DNA from: an uncultured Chloroflexia bacterium
Lineage (GTDB): Bacteria; Chloroflexota; Dehalococcoidia; DSTF01; JALHUB01
Direction: 5' to 3'
Assembly (NCBI GenBank): GCA_963726245.1
Contig: CAVSBT010000007.1
Span: 1 to 56,860 of the forward strand
DNA length: 56,860 nt
The position numbers and the translations under genes are program-made. Under the pieces are notes generated by a model, which did no database searches, was not told the DNA's origin, and was given only the letters and a program-made list of their open reading frames with translations. This document shows positions 40,456-51,588 of this stretch, piece by piece (position 1 is the stretch's first letter; each line of letters starts with the position of its first letter).

Positions 40456-40794
40456 CTACAGGTCCTTTATCGAGTCGGGGAGCTCCCCTTGCCGGGCGGC
40501 GTCGATCATCTCCCGGGTTTGCTGCGGGACTTCCATGCCCTGTTCCTGGAATCTTCGCTCCACCCAGCGGCCAATCTGCCGCGGGTCCCTGTAGTCCTCC
40601 GGTCGCTTGGGCTCAGCGCCGTACTCCGCCAGGATGGTCGCCTCCGACTTGTGATAGGCGAAGCCGGATACGGCACGGCTCACGCGCCGTCCGCCACAGT
40701 GCTTGCAGGCGGCCTTCACCTTGGCCGACACACTCCTGACGAAGATGCTGCTCAGCCGCCCGCAGTCTTCACACTTGAACTCGTATATGGGCAC
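40456..40794 (-). CDS. FmdB-type zinc-ribbon protein
   Basis: PIYEFKCEDCG..CKHCG..RAVSGF; DPRQIGRW. Confidence 0.85.
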   Translation of the reverse strand: MPIYEFKCEDCGRLSSIFVRSVSAKVKAACKHCGGRRVSRAVSGFAYHKSEATILAEYGAEPKRPEDYRDPRQIGRWVERRFQEQGMEVPQQTREMIDAARQGELPDSIKDL

Positions 40795-40808
40795 GCCCTT
40801 ACCGCCTC

Positions 40809-41177
40809 CTAGAGCTCATCAAGCCCCCCGCCACTCTCGTCGTCGCCCCCCTCGTCCGGCATCTCGCCCCCCTCCATGCGTTCCACCATCTCATCGAACT
40901 CCGGGCCCAGGTCCTCGCCGAAGCGAGAGCCCATCTTGCGTGCCCAGGCGGCCATGCTCCGAGGGTCGCTCTCGTCGACGCCGGCCAGCAGGGAGTCGTC
41001 ATCCATGTCGTCCAGCAGTGCGTCCTCACCGCGCACCACCGCGAAGCGCGACACCAGCCGTCGCAGGTCGGCGCCGCCACAGTGGGGACAGGACGCGGCC
41101 AGCGGCGCGCTGATGCTGCGCTGGAAGACGCTCACTCGACGGCCGCAGCCGCCGCAGCGAAACTCATAGATAGGCAC
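40809..41177 (-). CDS. FmdB-type zinc-ribbon protein with acidic tail (probably leaderless)
   Basis: PIYEFRCGGCG..CPHCG..RLVSRF; DPRSMAAW; TATAAT 6 nt before GTG. Confidence 0.85.
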   Translation of the reverse strand: MPIYEFRCGGCGRRVSVFQRSISAPLAASCPHCGGADLRRLVSRFAVVRGEDALLDDMDDDSLLAGVDESDPRSMAAWARKMGSRFGEDLGPEFDEMVERMEGGEMPDEGGDDESGGGLDEL

Positions 41178-41271
41178 CAATGAATTATACCGGGGCCCAG
41201 CGGCGCCGTCGACGGGGCTGGCGGGATGCCCGTAAACCTGAGCGGGCCGCCAGCGCTCGGCCGGAGCCCCA

Positions 41272-41686
41272 CTAGGGCAGGCCTTCTTCATCCACAGCAT
41301 TCTCGACGTGCTGGATGCTCAGCAGCCGCCCCGCCGGTGAAAGCTCGACCGCTACCACGTCGATGCGCCGGTCGTCGGGCAGGTCCGGCCTCTCCTGGCA
41401 GTAGGCCTGGGCCAGGCACGCCAGGCGCGCTCCTTTGACGGGGCTGACCGACTCTATGGCCGAGCCTCGCTCCTCTCCCCGGCGAGTCCTGACCTCGACG
41501 AAGACAAGGCAGCCGCCCGCGACGGCCACGATGTCGATCTCCCCCTCGCGGCGGCGGTAGTTCCGCTCCAGTATGCGGTATCCCTTCGACTCCAGGTGGG
41601 CGGCCGCCACCCGTTCGCCGAAGGCGCCCAGCGCCCTCCTTCGCCCATCGGGCGGGCGGGCCCGCCAGCGAGCTCTCGTCCTTCAC
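41272..41686 (-). CDS. yraN: YraN (UPF0102) family endonuclease-like protein; 5' end uncertain or frameshifted
   Basis: LGAFGE, GYRILERNYR, GEIDIV, VFVEVRTR, RIDVV. Confidence 0.85.
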
Positions 41687-42333
41687 AGGGGGAGGCCTTC
41701 CAGAATCGCCCGCACCGGCGCCCAAGAGCGGCGGTGGATGACGCAGGGGCCTAGCTCGGCCAGCGACCGGGCGTGCTCGGCCGTGGCATAGCCCTTGTGA
41801 CGGCAAAAGCCGTAGCCCGGAAAGAGGCCTTCGTACTCCAGCATCAGGCGGTCGCGCTCCACCTTGGCAACGATAGAGGCGGCGGCGATGGAGAGGCAGC
41901 GGCGGTCGCCGCCAACCAGCGCCTTGTAGGGCGACGTCAGGTAGGGCAGGCAGACCGCCGTGGGCGGCCGGCCATCGAGAAGAATGTAATCCTGCGCCGG
42001 GGACAGTTCCTCCAGCGCCAGGCGCATCGCCTTGAAGGTAGCGATGCTGATCCCGACGGCGTCGATGACCTCGTGCTCCACCACGCCGACGCCCACCTCG
42101 GCGCTGCGGCGAATAGCCTCCGCCAGCGGCTCGCGAGCGCGGGCGCTCAGCAGCTTGCTGTCGCGCAGCTCACCCCACCAGGCGGCGGCATCCGACGGGT
42201 CCAGCACGACGGCGGCGGCCACCACCGGCCCCGCCATGGGTCCGCGCCCCACTTCGTCGACGCCGGCGACACGGCGTAACCCGCGCCGCCAGCACCGGAG
42301 CTCCTCGTTGAGGTGAGGATATGTGATCACCAT
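41683..42333 (-). CDS. rnhB: Ribonuclease HII
   Basis: AGVDEVGRGPMAGPV, DSKLLS, LDG, IAAASIVAKV, HKGY, HRRSW. Confidence 0.95.
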   Translation of the reverse strand: MVITYPHLNEELRCWRRGLRRVAGVDEVGRGPMAGPVVAAAVVLDPSDAAAWWGELRDSKLLSARAREPLAEAIRRSAEVGVGVVEHEVIDAVGISIATFKAMRLALEELSPAQDYILLDGRPPTAVCLPYLTSPYKALVGGDRRCLSIAAASIVAKVERDRLMLEYEGLFPGYGFCRHKGYATAEHARSLAELGPCVIHRRSWAPVRAILEGLPL

Positions 42334-42462
42334 CTGCGCCTGAGAAGGCCGCCGGCCACGGCCCAGCCTTCGCCGCCCGATGGTATCACCGGCCTGGTAC
42401 CACGTCAAAGCGGCCGCATCAATGCTATGATCACGGCGCCGATAGGGCGAGAGGAGGCGTCC

Positions 42463-42654
42463 ATGCCCGTCATTCACATCGAGATGTTCTCGGGGCGGAC
42501 TCAGGCCCAGAAGCGAGAGCTGGCGCGCGCCATCACAGAGGCGGTCTGCAACATAGCCCAGACTACCCCAGAGGCGACCATCGTCATCTTTCGCGACGTG
42601 GAGCGTGAGGACTGGGCTCAGTCGGGCAGACTGGTCTCTGAGCTGACAGAGTAG
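42463..42654 (+). CDS. 4-oxalocrotonate tautomerase family protein
   Basis: MP start (catalytic Pro1), GRTQAQK, SD GAGGAGG. Confidence 0.9.
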   Translation: MPVIHIEMFSGRTQAQKRELARAITEAVCNIAQTTPEATIVIFRDVEREDWAQSGRLVSELTE

Positions 42655-42802
42655 CCACTGTCAGCGGCCCCCTGGTCAAACGCACCGGCGGTCCAGCGGG
42701 CCGTCGATGAGGGCTTCGGCCGCTGATGCCGATAATGCGTAGAGGGGAGTCGTGCCTACAGCGCTGGCGCCGGGCTCGATGAAGCCCTTGGCTCATCGGC
42801 TA

Positions 42803-42811
42803 TGCTATAAT
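42803..42811 (+). promoter_or_regulatory. Extended -10 promoter of ftsH
   Basis: TGCTATAAT about 60 nt upstream of the ATG. Confidence 0.6.
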
Positions 42812-42873
42812 TAAGTGGCTCAAAGGCCGGCGGACGCCGGTTATCACTTCGTCCCCGGAAGGCGGGCAAGACT

Positions 42874-44865
<1,992 letters not shown>

Positions 44866-44888
44866 CCTCGCCCACTTTCGCACAAGAC

Positions 44889-44916
44889 GTAGGGGCGGTT
44901 CGCGAACCGCCCCTAC
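44889..44916. repeat. GTAG-type REP palindrome
   Basis: GTAGGGGCGGTTCGCGAACCGCCCCTAC, perfect palindrome. Confidence 0.85.
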
Positions 44917-44937
44917 TCTTGCTGCTGTCGAAAGTGG

Positions 44938-45339
44938 CTATTGCGCGGGCGGCGCTTCCGGCGATACCCACACGGTCGTGAGAGCCCGGAGACGCCTGAG
45001 GATAGATGGCGCGACCCAGCCTGCGATGCCTCCCTCGAGAGCACTGATCACCGAGGAAAGGGGGATGCGATACTCGTTCCCCGCCTTCTCCGCCTCCAGC
45101 GCCTCCTGGCGCAGCAGGCGTCGCACGTGCTCGCGGTGGTAGCCCAGGATCTGGGCCGCCTGCTGGCTGTCGACGGTCAGTCGCGCCACGTCTACGTCGT
45201 CATCGCCGGAGTAGGGGGCAAGGGCAACCCCAACTGCCCGTACGTAGCCGGTGACGCGACAAACGGTATCCACGTCGCCGGATTCCAGCGCCTCCTGCAG
45301 GCGGACCGCCAGGCGTTGACGGAGGGTGGCTACCTTCAT
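44938..45339 (-). CDS. Excisionase-like HTH (HTH_17) DNA-binding protein
   Basis: VDSQQAAQILGYHREHVRRLLRQEALEAEKAGNEYRIP. Confidence 0.7.
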   Translation of the reverse strand: MKVATLRQRLAVRLQEALESGDVDTVCRVTGYVRAVGVALAPYSGDDDVDVARLTVDSQQAAQILGYHREHVRRLLRQEALEAEKAGNEYRIPLSSVISALEGGIAGWVAPSILRRLRALTTVWVSPEAPPAQ

Positions 45340-45470
45340 GGCTAATCTCAACAAATGTTGTACTATCGACCAAAGTAACACGAGATCGTGCGCCCGTCAA
45401 CACGTCACACGTTTGACGGTACGCTTCTCCAACCAGTAGAATCGAAGCGAGCCTGCGAGAGGAGAGAGCT

Positions 45471-45983
45471 TTGGCGGTCTACGCCATCATCCGCAGCGGC
45501 GGCAAGCAGTACCGCGTCCAGGAAGGGGCCACCATCGATGTCGAGCGCCTGGTGGCGCCCGAGGGCGGGCAGGTTGAGTTGCCCGACGTCCTCTTCCTGG
45601 ACGAAGACGGGCGCGTCACGGTGGGCACACCCATCGTTCCCGGCGTCAAGGTCGTGGCGGAGGTGGTATCGCACGGACGCGGACCCAGGATTACCGTCTT
45701 CAGGTATAAGGCCAAGACCCGCAGCCGCAAGAAGACCGGCCATCGACAAGCCTTCACCCGTCTGGCCATCCAGCGGATCCAGGTGGGCGAGGAGGAAGAG
45801 AAGCCGGCGGCGCGACGGCGGACCCGCAAGAAGGCAGCCGAAGAGGAGCCGGGGGTGGTCGAGGCCGTAGCAGAGGCGCCAGCCGCGGTCAGCGAGGAGG
45901 CAGCGCCCGAGGAGCAGGCGGAGAAGAAGCCGGCCCCGCGGCGGCGACGGAAGACGGCGGAGACCCCGCCGGCAGGTGGATAG
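45471..45983 (+). CDS. rplU: 50S ribosomal protein L21 with charged C-terminal extension
   Basis: [20 protein letters not shown]. Confidence 0.95.
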   Translation: MAVYAIIRSGGKQYRVQEGATIDVERLVAPEGGQVELPDVLFLDEDGRVTVGTPIVPGVKVVAEVVSHGRGPRITVFRYKAKTRSRKKTGHRQAFTRLAIQRIQVGEEEEKPAARRRTRKKAAEEEPGVVEAVAEAPAAVSEEAAPEEQAEKKPAPRRRRKTAETPPAGG

Positions 45984-45985
45984 TC

Positions 45986-46261
45986 ATGGCACACAAGAAG
46001 GGCGGCGGCAGCACGCGCAACAACCGCGACAGCCAGTCCAAGCGACTGGGAGTCAAGCGGTATGACGGGCAGGTCGTCCTCCCCGGCACGATCATCCTGC
46101 GACAGAGAGGCACGCGCTTCCATCCCGGCCGGAACGTCGGCCTGGGGCGCGACTACACTATCTACTCGCTGGTCGAGGGGAAGGTGAAGTTCGCGCCCTA
46201 CGCCAAGGGCCGGCGCAAGAAGGTCAGCGTGAATCCCCTGGCCGCGGAGCAAGCCGAATGA
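45986..46261 (+). CDS. rpmA: 50S ribosomal protein L27
   Basis: [26 protein letters not shown]. Confidence 0.97.
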   Translation: MAHKKGGGSTRNNRDSQSKRLGVKRYDGQVVLPGTIILRQRGTRFHPGRNVGLGRDYTIYSLVEGKVKFAPYAKGRRKKVSVNPLAAEQAE

Positions 46262-46461
46262 AAGCGAAGATCCATCCCGAATACGTAGAGGCCACGATCC
46301 AGTGCGCTTGCGGCAATTCGTGGCAGACGCATTCCACCAAGACGCGCCTTCACGTAGAGGTGTGCAGCCGCTGCCACCCCTTCTTCACCGGAGAGCAGCG
46401 TATCGTAGACACCGCCGGCCGCGTGGAGCGCTTCAAGCGCCGCTACGGCATCAAGGACTAG
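46258..46461 (+). CDS. rpmE: 50S ribosomal protein L31 (zinc-binding form)
   Basis: [25 protein letters not shown]. Confidence 0.97.
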   Translation: MKAKIHPEYVEATIQCACGNSWQTHSTKTRLHVEVCSRCHPFFTGEQRIVDTAGRVERFKRRYGIKD

Positions 46462-46476
46462 CAGGGGCCTATCGCG

Positions 46477-46510
46477 GGGGCCGGGGCTAGACTCCCGGCC
46501 CCTTTCGTTT
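46477..46510 (+). terminator. Intrinsic terminator after rpmE
   Basis: GGGGCCGGG-loop-CCCGGCCCC followed by TTTCGTTT. Confidence 0.7.
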
Positions 46511-46520
46511 GTCTGAAAGC

Positions 46521-47417
46521 ATGCCGAAGACGCCCTACTACGGAGGCCAGGCGGTCATAGAGGGGGTCATGGTGCGGGGCCCCCGCACCGTGGCGGTGGC
46601 CGTGCGCCGCCCCGACGGCACCGTGACCGTGAGGGCAGAGGCCCTTGGCGGGCTTTACACGGGCCTCTTCCGGCGGCTGCCCCTCATACGCGGCGTGGTG
46701 ATCCTCTGGGAGACGCTGGCCCTGGGCATGCGGGCGCTGAGCTACTCGGCGCGTGTCGCGGCCGGCGAGGACGAGAGCGAAGCCAGCGGCGCCTACGTCT
46801 GGGGTACCTTCGTCGTCACCTTCGTCGTAGCGGCCGCTGTCTTCTTCGCCGGGCCCGTTCTCCTCACAAACTGGCTGCAGGGCGTCCTGGGCGGGACGGG
46901 CGCTGTCCTTGTCGAGGGCTTGGTGCGACTGGGCCTCTTCCTGGCCTACGTCTGGGCCATCGGCCTCGTGCCCGACGTACGGCGGGTCTTCGCCTATCAC
47001 GCCGCCGAGCACCGGACCATCCACGCCTACGAGGCCGGCCGGCCCCTCCAGGTGGAGGCGATCCGCCCCTTCCCCAACGCCCACCCGCGCTGCGGCACCG
47101 GCTTCCTCCTCACCGTGATGGTGGTGGCCCTGGTGGTCTTCACCCTCCTGGGCGCGCCTCCCCTCTGGTGGCGCGTCCTGTCGCGCGTGGTGCTCCTGCC
47201 GGTCGTCGCCTCCCTCAGCTACGAGGCCCTCCGCCTGGGCATGCTGATCGAACGTGTCCCTCTCCTCAATTGGCTCCTCAAGCCCAACCTCCTCCTCCAG
47301 TCCCTGACCACCCGTGACCCCGACGACGCGCAGATCGAGGTCGCGGTGGCGGCCCTCCAGGGCGTCCTGGCCGCGGAGGAGGAGGCAGCCACGGCGGCAG
47401 AGCCACCTCGCTCCTGA
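46521..47417 (+). CDS. DUF1385 (YqhQ-like) membrane protein
   Basis: GGQAVIEGVM, FAYHAAEH, HPRCGTGF, LQSLTT. Confidence 0.9.
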   Translation: MPKTPYYGGQAVIEGVMVRGPRTVAVAVRRPDGTVTVRAEALGGLYTGLFRRLPLIRGVVILWETLALGMRALSYSARVAAGEDESEASGAYVWGTFVVTFVVAAAVFFAGPVLLTNWLQGVLGGTGAVLVEGLVRLGLFLAYVWAIGLVPDVRRVFAYHAAEHRTIHAYEAGRPLQVEAIRPFPNAHPRCGTGFLLTVMVVALVVFTLLGAPPLWWRVLSRVVLLPVVASLSYEALRLGMLIERVPLLNWLLKPNLLLQSLTTRDPDDAQIEVAVAALQGVLAAEEEAATAAEPPRS

Positions 47418-47456
47418 GCGTGTCACTCTTAGCGACGCGAACGGTCCGTGCAACCG

Positions 47457-47498
47457 GTCAATAGGGTACTTGACTAACTCACCCCAGAATGTCAATAT
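47457..47498 (+). promoter_or_regulatory. Candidate tusA-dsrE promoter with inverted repeats over the -35
   Basis: TTGACT-N17-CAATAT; GTCAA-N8-TTGAC and TTGAC-N16-GTCAA. Confidence 0.45.
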
Positions 47499-47543
47499 GG
47501 AGTGACGGCATCTCGACCGGCGGAGGGAGAGGGAGGTTCAACC

Positions 47544-47783
47544 ATGACAGTAGCACTCAAACCGGATCGCGTCCTGGACATGCGAGGGCAGTTCTGCCCC
47601 GCCCCCGTGCTCCAGGCCAGGGCGGAGATCGATCAGTTGCAGAGTGGGCAGGTGCTCGAGCTTCTGGCAACGGATCCGGCCTCGCGAGAGGACGTGCCTC
47701 GCTGGGCGAAGAGAACCGGTAACCAGGTCCTGGAACTGCACCAGGAGGGAGGCGACCTTACCTTCCTCATCCGAAAGGGTTAG
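47544..47783 (+). CDS. TusA family sulfur carrier
   Basis: LDMRGQFCPAP, ATDP. Confidence 0.9.
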   Translation: MTVALKPDRVLDMRGQFCPAPVLQARAEIDQLQSGQVLELLATDPASREDVPRWAKRTGNQVLELHQEGGDLTFLIRKG

Positions 47784-47793
47784 GAGCAAGGTC

Positions 47794-48168
47794 ATGGCCA
47801 AGAACGGCAAGAAGAAGCTAGTCTACCTCCAGACCAGCGGCATCGACACCCCCGAGCGCCTCTACGCGCCCTTCATACTGGCGACCACCGCCGCCGCCAT
47901 GGACGTGGAGCCGGTGGTCTACTTCTTTATAAAGGGCGTCACCGCCGTGAAGAAGGGTGAGGCGGAGAAGGTGCGCGTCGGCGAGTTCCCGCCTCTCAAA
48001 GACGTCATCGACCAGGCGTTGAAGGCCGGCGTCAAGCTCATGGTCTGCGAGCAGAGCTGCATGCTCTTTGGCCTGGACCGGGGCGACTTCATCGAGGGCG
48101 CTCAGGTGGTGGGCGCCGCCACCCTCAACGACCTGGTGCTGGAGGCCGACGCGGTTATCGCCGTGTGA
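47794..48168 (+). CDS. DsrE family protein
   Basis: APFILATTAAAM, GVKLMVCEQS, VGAAT. Confidence 0.85.
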   Translation: MAKNGKKKLVYLQTSGIDTPERLYAPFILATTAAAMDVEPVVYFFIKGVTAVKKGEAEKVRVGEFPPLKDVIDQALKAGVKLMVCEQSCMLFGLDRGDFIEGAQVVGAATLNDLVLEADAVIAV

Positions 48169-48369
48169 AGCTCCACTAGTAACCCTCAACATCGAGCGAC
48201 CGAGACCGAGAATCCCAGGGGAGAAAAGGGTTCTCGGTCTTCGTATCTGGCCCCGGTGGTCTAGGGGTCTCGGCCGAGGAGCAGCAGGTCAGGCCCGCAT
48301 AGACGAAGGCGGCCCGCATTCTCAGACTGAGGAAGCGATCCTGCAGCCATTCTCCTCAGGAGGCATATC

Positions 48370-49557
48370 ATGATGCGCCGAATCTGCCGCCTTCTCCTGG
48401 CAACAACAGCGGCCCTGACCCTATCGACCCTGCCAGCGCTGGCATTGCTGGCCAGCGCCGACGTGAACGGCAACTGCTCGGCCACCATCAACGGCGTCGA
48501 CGTTAGAGGGCTGTCCGCTAACAACGCCGGCGACGCCATCGAGGTGAAGGAGCATACGGCGGTGCCGGTGACCATGCAGTCGGCCGCCGGCATCACGCAC
48601 CTGCGCATCCAAATAGAGTTCGCCGGCTTCTCCTGGACGGTCCGCGACGAACCGACATCGGGGACATCCTGGCAGAACACCGTGCCCGTGGACGACTACG
48701 CGAAGTAGGGCGTTGGGCTCTACAAGGTCGTGGGCCGGAGCGAGGGCCCTGGTGGGAACTGCAGCGGTTCGGCGCTGGTGCGGGTGGCCGGCAACCCCCT
48801 GAGGACGGTGGCCGGGGCCGCCGCCGCGGGCATCACCGCCCTCGGCGCGGTGGGGCTGGGTCGTCGCGGGCGTCGACCTCCGCGCTGGAGGCCACGGCGA
48901 AGCCCGCACGGCCGAAGAGCGGAGCGGCCGGAACGCGACGGAGGCACACGGCCGGATAGAAAAAGAACCAGGACGACGGTGAGATCATTCGTGAGAATAC
49001 ATGGGAGTACTGCTTCTGGTTCGTGCTGCCGGCGGTTGCTTCTCACCGGCGCGGCCATGGCCGTCGGCGCCGGGCCGCCTACCGCCTCCAAACCAGCGAC
49101 GCGCCTGCCGCGCGTGCGCTGGCGGCCCCGCCTTTCGGTGGCGGGGACCGTAGGCGGCTTGCTGGCGGGAGCGGGCACAGTCGTCCTCCTCCAGCAGTAC
49201 GCCGTGGTCTACCCCACGCGGGCAGTCGCCATCGAAGGGCTGGTCGGCGGGCTGGCGGTGGGGCTGGTCATGCCTTCCCTGCTGCGTGTCTTCGCCGTGT
49301 GGCGCGCGAACCGGACCATCGCGAGGGCCGAGCAGCGTCTGAATAGCGCGCTTGGCCAGCAGTCGACGCTAACGAGCCAGGCCAAGGCCGGCTTGGGTGA
49401 GGCGCCCACCCAGCAGCCGCCACCGCCGCCGACGACCGACGCCGAGCCGAGCCTCGATGAGGCTGCGGCCCAGCAGCCGCCGGTGGCAACAGACGCCGAG
49501 CCCGCCGTCGAAGAGGCGCCGTCCGAGCCGCCGCCGCCTGACGAGGCCGCGGGATGA
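48370..49557 (+). CDS. Secreted-domain plus multi-TM membrane protein, interrupted by in-frame TAG (48706) and likely indels
   Basis: SD AGGAGG, signal peptide; ORFs 48370..48708 and 48730..49557 share a frame; TM helices and Pro/Glu-rich tail. Confidence 0.55.
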
Positions 49558-49799
49558 CGAGCGAAGCCCTGGGGCGAAGGCTCTCGCCCTTCTCCCGATT
49601 CGCGGTGCGTTTCATCGAAACGTACCGGCTCCGGGTCGGGCCGGGGCTGGCCGCCCGCTGCCGGTTCGAGCCGTCCTGCTCGAGCTACGGCCTGGAGGCG
49701 TACCAGAGGTACGGCTTCTGGAAGGCCTCGCTGAAGACGTTCTGGCGTCTTGCGCGCTGCAACCCGCTGAACAAGGGGCCCCGGCTGGACCCGCCGTAG
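49554..49799 (+). CDS. yidD: Membrane protein insertion efficiency factor
   Basis: CRFEPSCSSY, RLARCNP, DPP. Confidence 0.88.
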   Translation: MTSEALGRRLSPFSRFAVRFIETYRLRVGPGLAARCRFEPSCSSYGLEAYQRYGFWKASLKTFWRLARCNPLNKGPRLDPP

Positions 49800-49813
49800 G
49801 GCCGACGGGGAAT

Positions 49814-49880
49814 GTAGGGGCCCAGCCAAGGTTCGGCCCGGGATAGACAGGTGTAGGGGCGCAGCATGCTGCGCCCCTAC
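49814..49880. repeat. Pair of GTAG-type REP-like palindromes
   Basis: GTAGGGGCC...GGCCC and GTAGGGGCGCAGCATGCTGCGCCCCTAC between convergent genes. Confidence 0.75.
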
Positions 49881-49952
49881 GGCTTGTCTCGTTCATGACC
49901 ATGGCCCTGGCCTTCGATGTTGGCAGGGCCAACGTGGCCCAGTGGGTCTGCC

Positions 49953-50267
49953 CTACTCCTCCTCCAGCTCCCGGTAGAAGCACGAGCGCTCGCCTGTGTG
50001 GCAGGCGGGGCCAGCAGGCTGCACGCGGATGAGGAGGGTGTCGTCGTCGCAGTCGCGGAGGATGCGGCGGACGTTCAGGAAGTTGCCGGAGGTGGCCCCC
50101 TTGTGCCAGAGCTCCTGGCGGCTGCGGCTGTAGAACCACACCTGCCCCGACTCCCGCGTCCGGCGCAGCGACTCCTCGTTCATGTAGGCCAGGGTCAGCA
50201 CCTCGCCCGTGTCGTCGTCCTGGATGATCACGGGGATGAGGCCGCCGCCCTTCGCGAAGTCCAGCAT
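49953..50267 (-). CDS. hisI: Phosphoribosyl-AMP cyclohydrolase
   Basis: [32 protein letters not shown]. Confidence 0.95.
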   Translation of the reverse strand: MLDFAKGGGLIPVIIQDDDTGEVLTLAYMNEESLRRTRESGQVWFYSRSRQELWHKGATSGNFLNVRRILRDCDDDTLLIRVQPAGPACHTGERSCFYRELEEE

Positions 50268-50276
50268 CGAAACCCC

Positions 50277-50732
50277 CTAGCCCTCCGCGCCGCGCGCTTC
50301 TCCGGCCGCCGCAATGCGCACGATGCGCCCTGTCGCCGTGGCCGTCGCCACCAGCGAGCCGTCCTCGGTGGTGAGCGAGCCTTCCATGAAGACCACCGAG
50401 CCTCCCCGATGCACCACGCGCCCCTCGCCCACGAGGGGCTCCGCTCGGACGGACCGCATGCAACTCACCTTCATCTCCAGCGTCGTGATGCTCTCATCCG
50501 GCCCGAGCAACGACACCGCGGCCGCTCCCATGACGCCGTCGAGCATCGCTCCCAGGATTCCGCCCTGGACAAGCCCCACGGGGTTGTAGAACTCCTCTTT
50601 GCCCTGGAACCCGGCGCGAACGTGGCCCGGCTCGGCGTGGACGGCATTCCAGCCCAGCAGGCCGAGGACGCGTGGCAGCGGCGCCCTGCCCGCGATCACG
50701 TCCCAGAACATGTTCTTGGGCGCGTCGGGCAC
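50277..50732 (-). CDS. PaaI family thioesterase
   Basis: NPVGLVQGG..MLD, TLEMKV. Confidence 0.88.
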   Translation of the reverse strand: MPDAPKNMFWDVIAGRAPLPRVLGLLGWNAVHAEPGHVRAGFQGKEEFYNPVGLVQGGILGAMLDGVMGAAAVSLLGPDESITTLEMKVSCMRSVRAEPLVGEGRVVHRGGSVVFMEGSLTTEDGSLVATATATGRIVRIAAAGEARGAEG

Positions 50733-50745
50733 GGTGATTTCCTCT

Positions 50746-51516
50746 CTACAGCCGCATGGCGATGCCGCGAGCCGCCAGGTACTCCTTCGTCTCGCGGATG
50801 CTGTAGGTGCCGAAGTGGAAGATGCTGGCGGCCAGCACGGCGTCGGCCTTGCCCTCCACGATCGCCTCGTACAGGTGCTGGGGGCTGCCGGCGCCGCCGG
50901 AGGCGATGACCGGCACCTCGACCGCCTCGGAGATGGCGCGCGTGAGGCCGATGTCGTAGCCGACCTGCGTGCCGTCGGCGTCCATGCTGGTGAGGAGGAG
51001 CTCGCCGGCCCCCAGCTCGACGACTCGACGCGCCCACTCCACGGCGTCGAGGCCGGTTGGGCGGCCGCCCGTCAGGTCGCCGCCGTAGGTGTGGACCTCC
51101 CAGCGGCCGGGGCCCTTCTTCTTGCCGTCGATGGCCACCACGATGCACTGGCTGCCGAAGCGCTGCGCCCCCTCGGCGATGAGGCCGGGGTTCTCGACGG
51201 CGGCGGTGTTGATGCCCACCTTGTCGGCGCCCGACTCCAGCATGAGGCGCATGTCCTCGGTGCTGCGGATGCCGCCGCCGACGGTGAAGGGGATGAACAC
51301 CTGCTCGGCCACCCGGCGCACCATGTCGAGCACCGTCTTGCGGCGGTCGGGCGAGGCGGTGATGTCGAGGAAGACCAGCTCGTCGGCGCCCTCGCGGTCG
51401 TAGAGGGCGGCCAGCTCCACGGGGTCGCCGGCGTCGCGCGGGTTGAGGAAGGTGATGCTCTTGACCACCCGGCCGTCCTTGACGTCGAAGCAAGGGATTA
51501 TGCGCTTAGTGAGCAT
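50746..51516 (-). CDS. hisF: Imidazole glycerol phosphate synthase cyclase subunit
   Basis: [42 protein letters not shown]. Confidence 0.97.
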   Translation of the reverse strand: MLTKRIIPCFDVKDGRVVKSITFLNPRDAGDPVELAALYDREGADELVFLDITASPDRRKTVLDMVRRVAEQVFIPFTVGGGIRSTEDMRLMLESGADKVGINTAAVENPGLIAEGAQRFGSQCIVVAIDGKKKGPGRWEVHTYGGDLTGGRPTGLDAVEWARRVVELGAGELLLTSMDADGTQVGYDIGLTRAISEAVEVPVIASGGAGSPQHLYEAIVEGKADAVLAASIFHFGTYSIRETKEYLAARGIAMRL

Positions 51517-51524
51517 GGTTCCTT

Positions 51525-51582
51525 TCGAGGGGACACCCCTCGAGCACCCCGCCAGAGGGGCCTAGCCCCTCTGGACTCCCCT
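51525..51582. repeat. Double-hairpin intergenic element
   Basis: TCGAGGGG-ACA-CCCCTCGA and CCAGAGGGGC-CTA-GCCCCTCTGG. Confidence 0.6.
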
Positions 51583-51588
51583 AGAATA

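Noticed and set aside
44938-45339. Prophage or integrative element marked by the excisionase-like gene
   Set aside because: No integrase, att repeats, tRNA or phage genes nearby.
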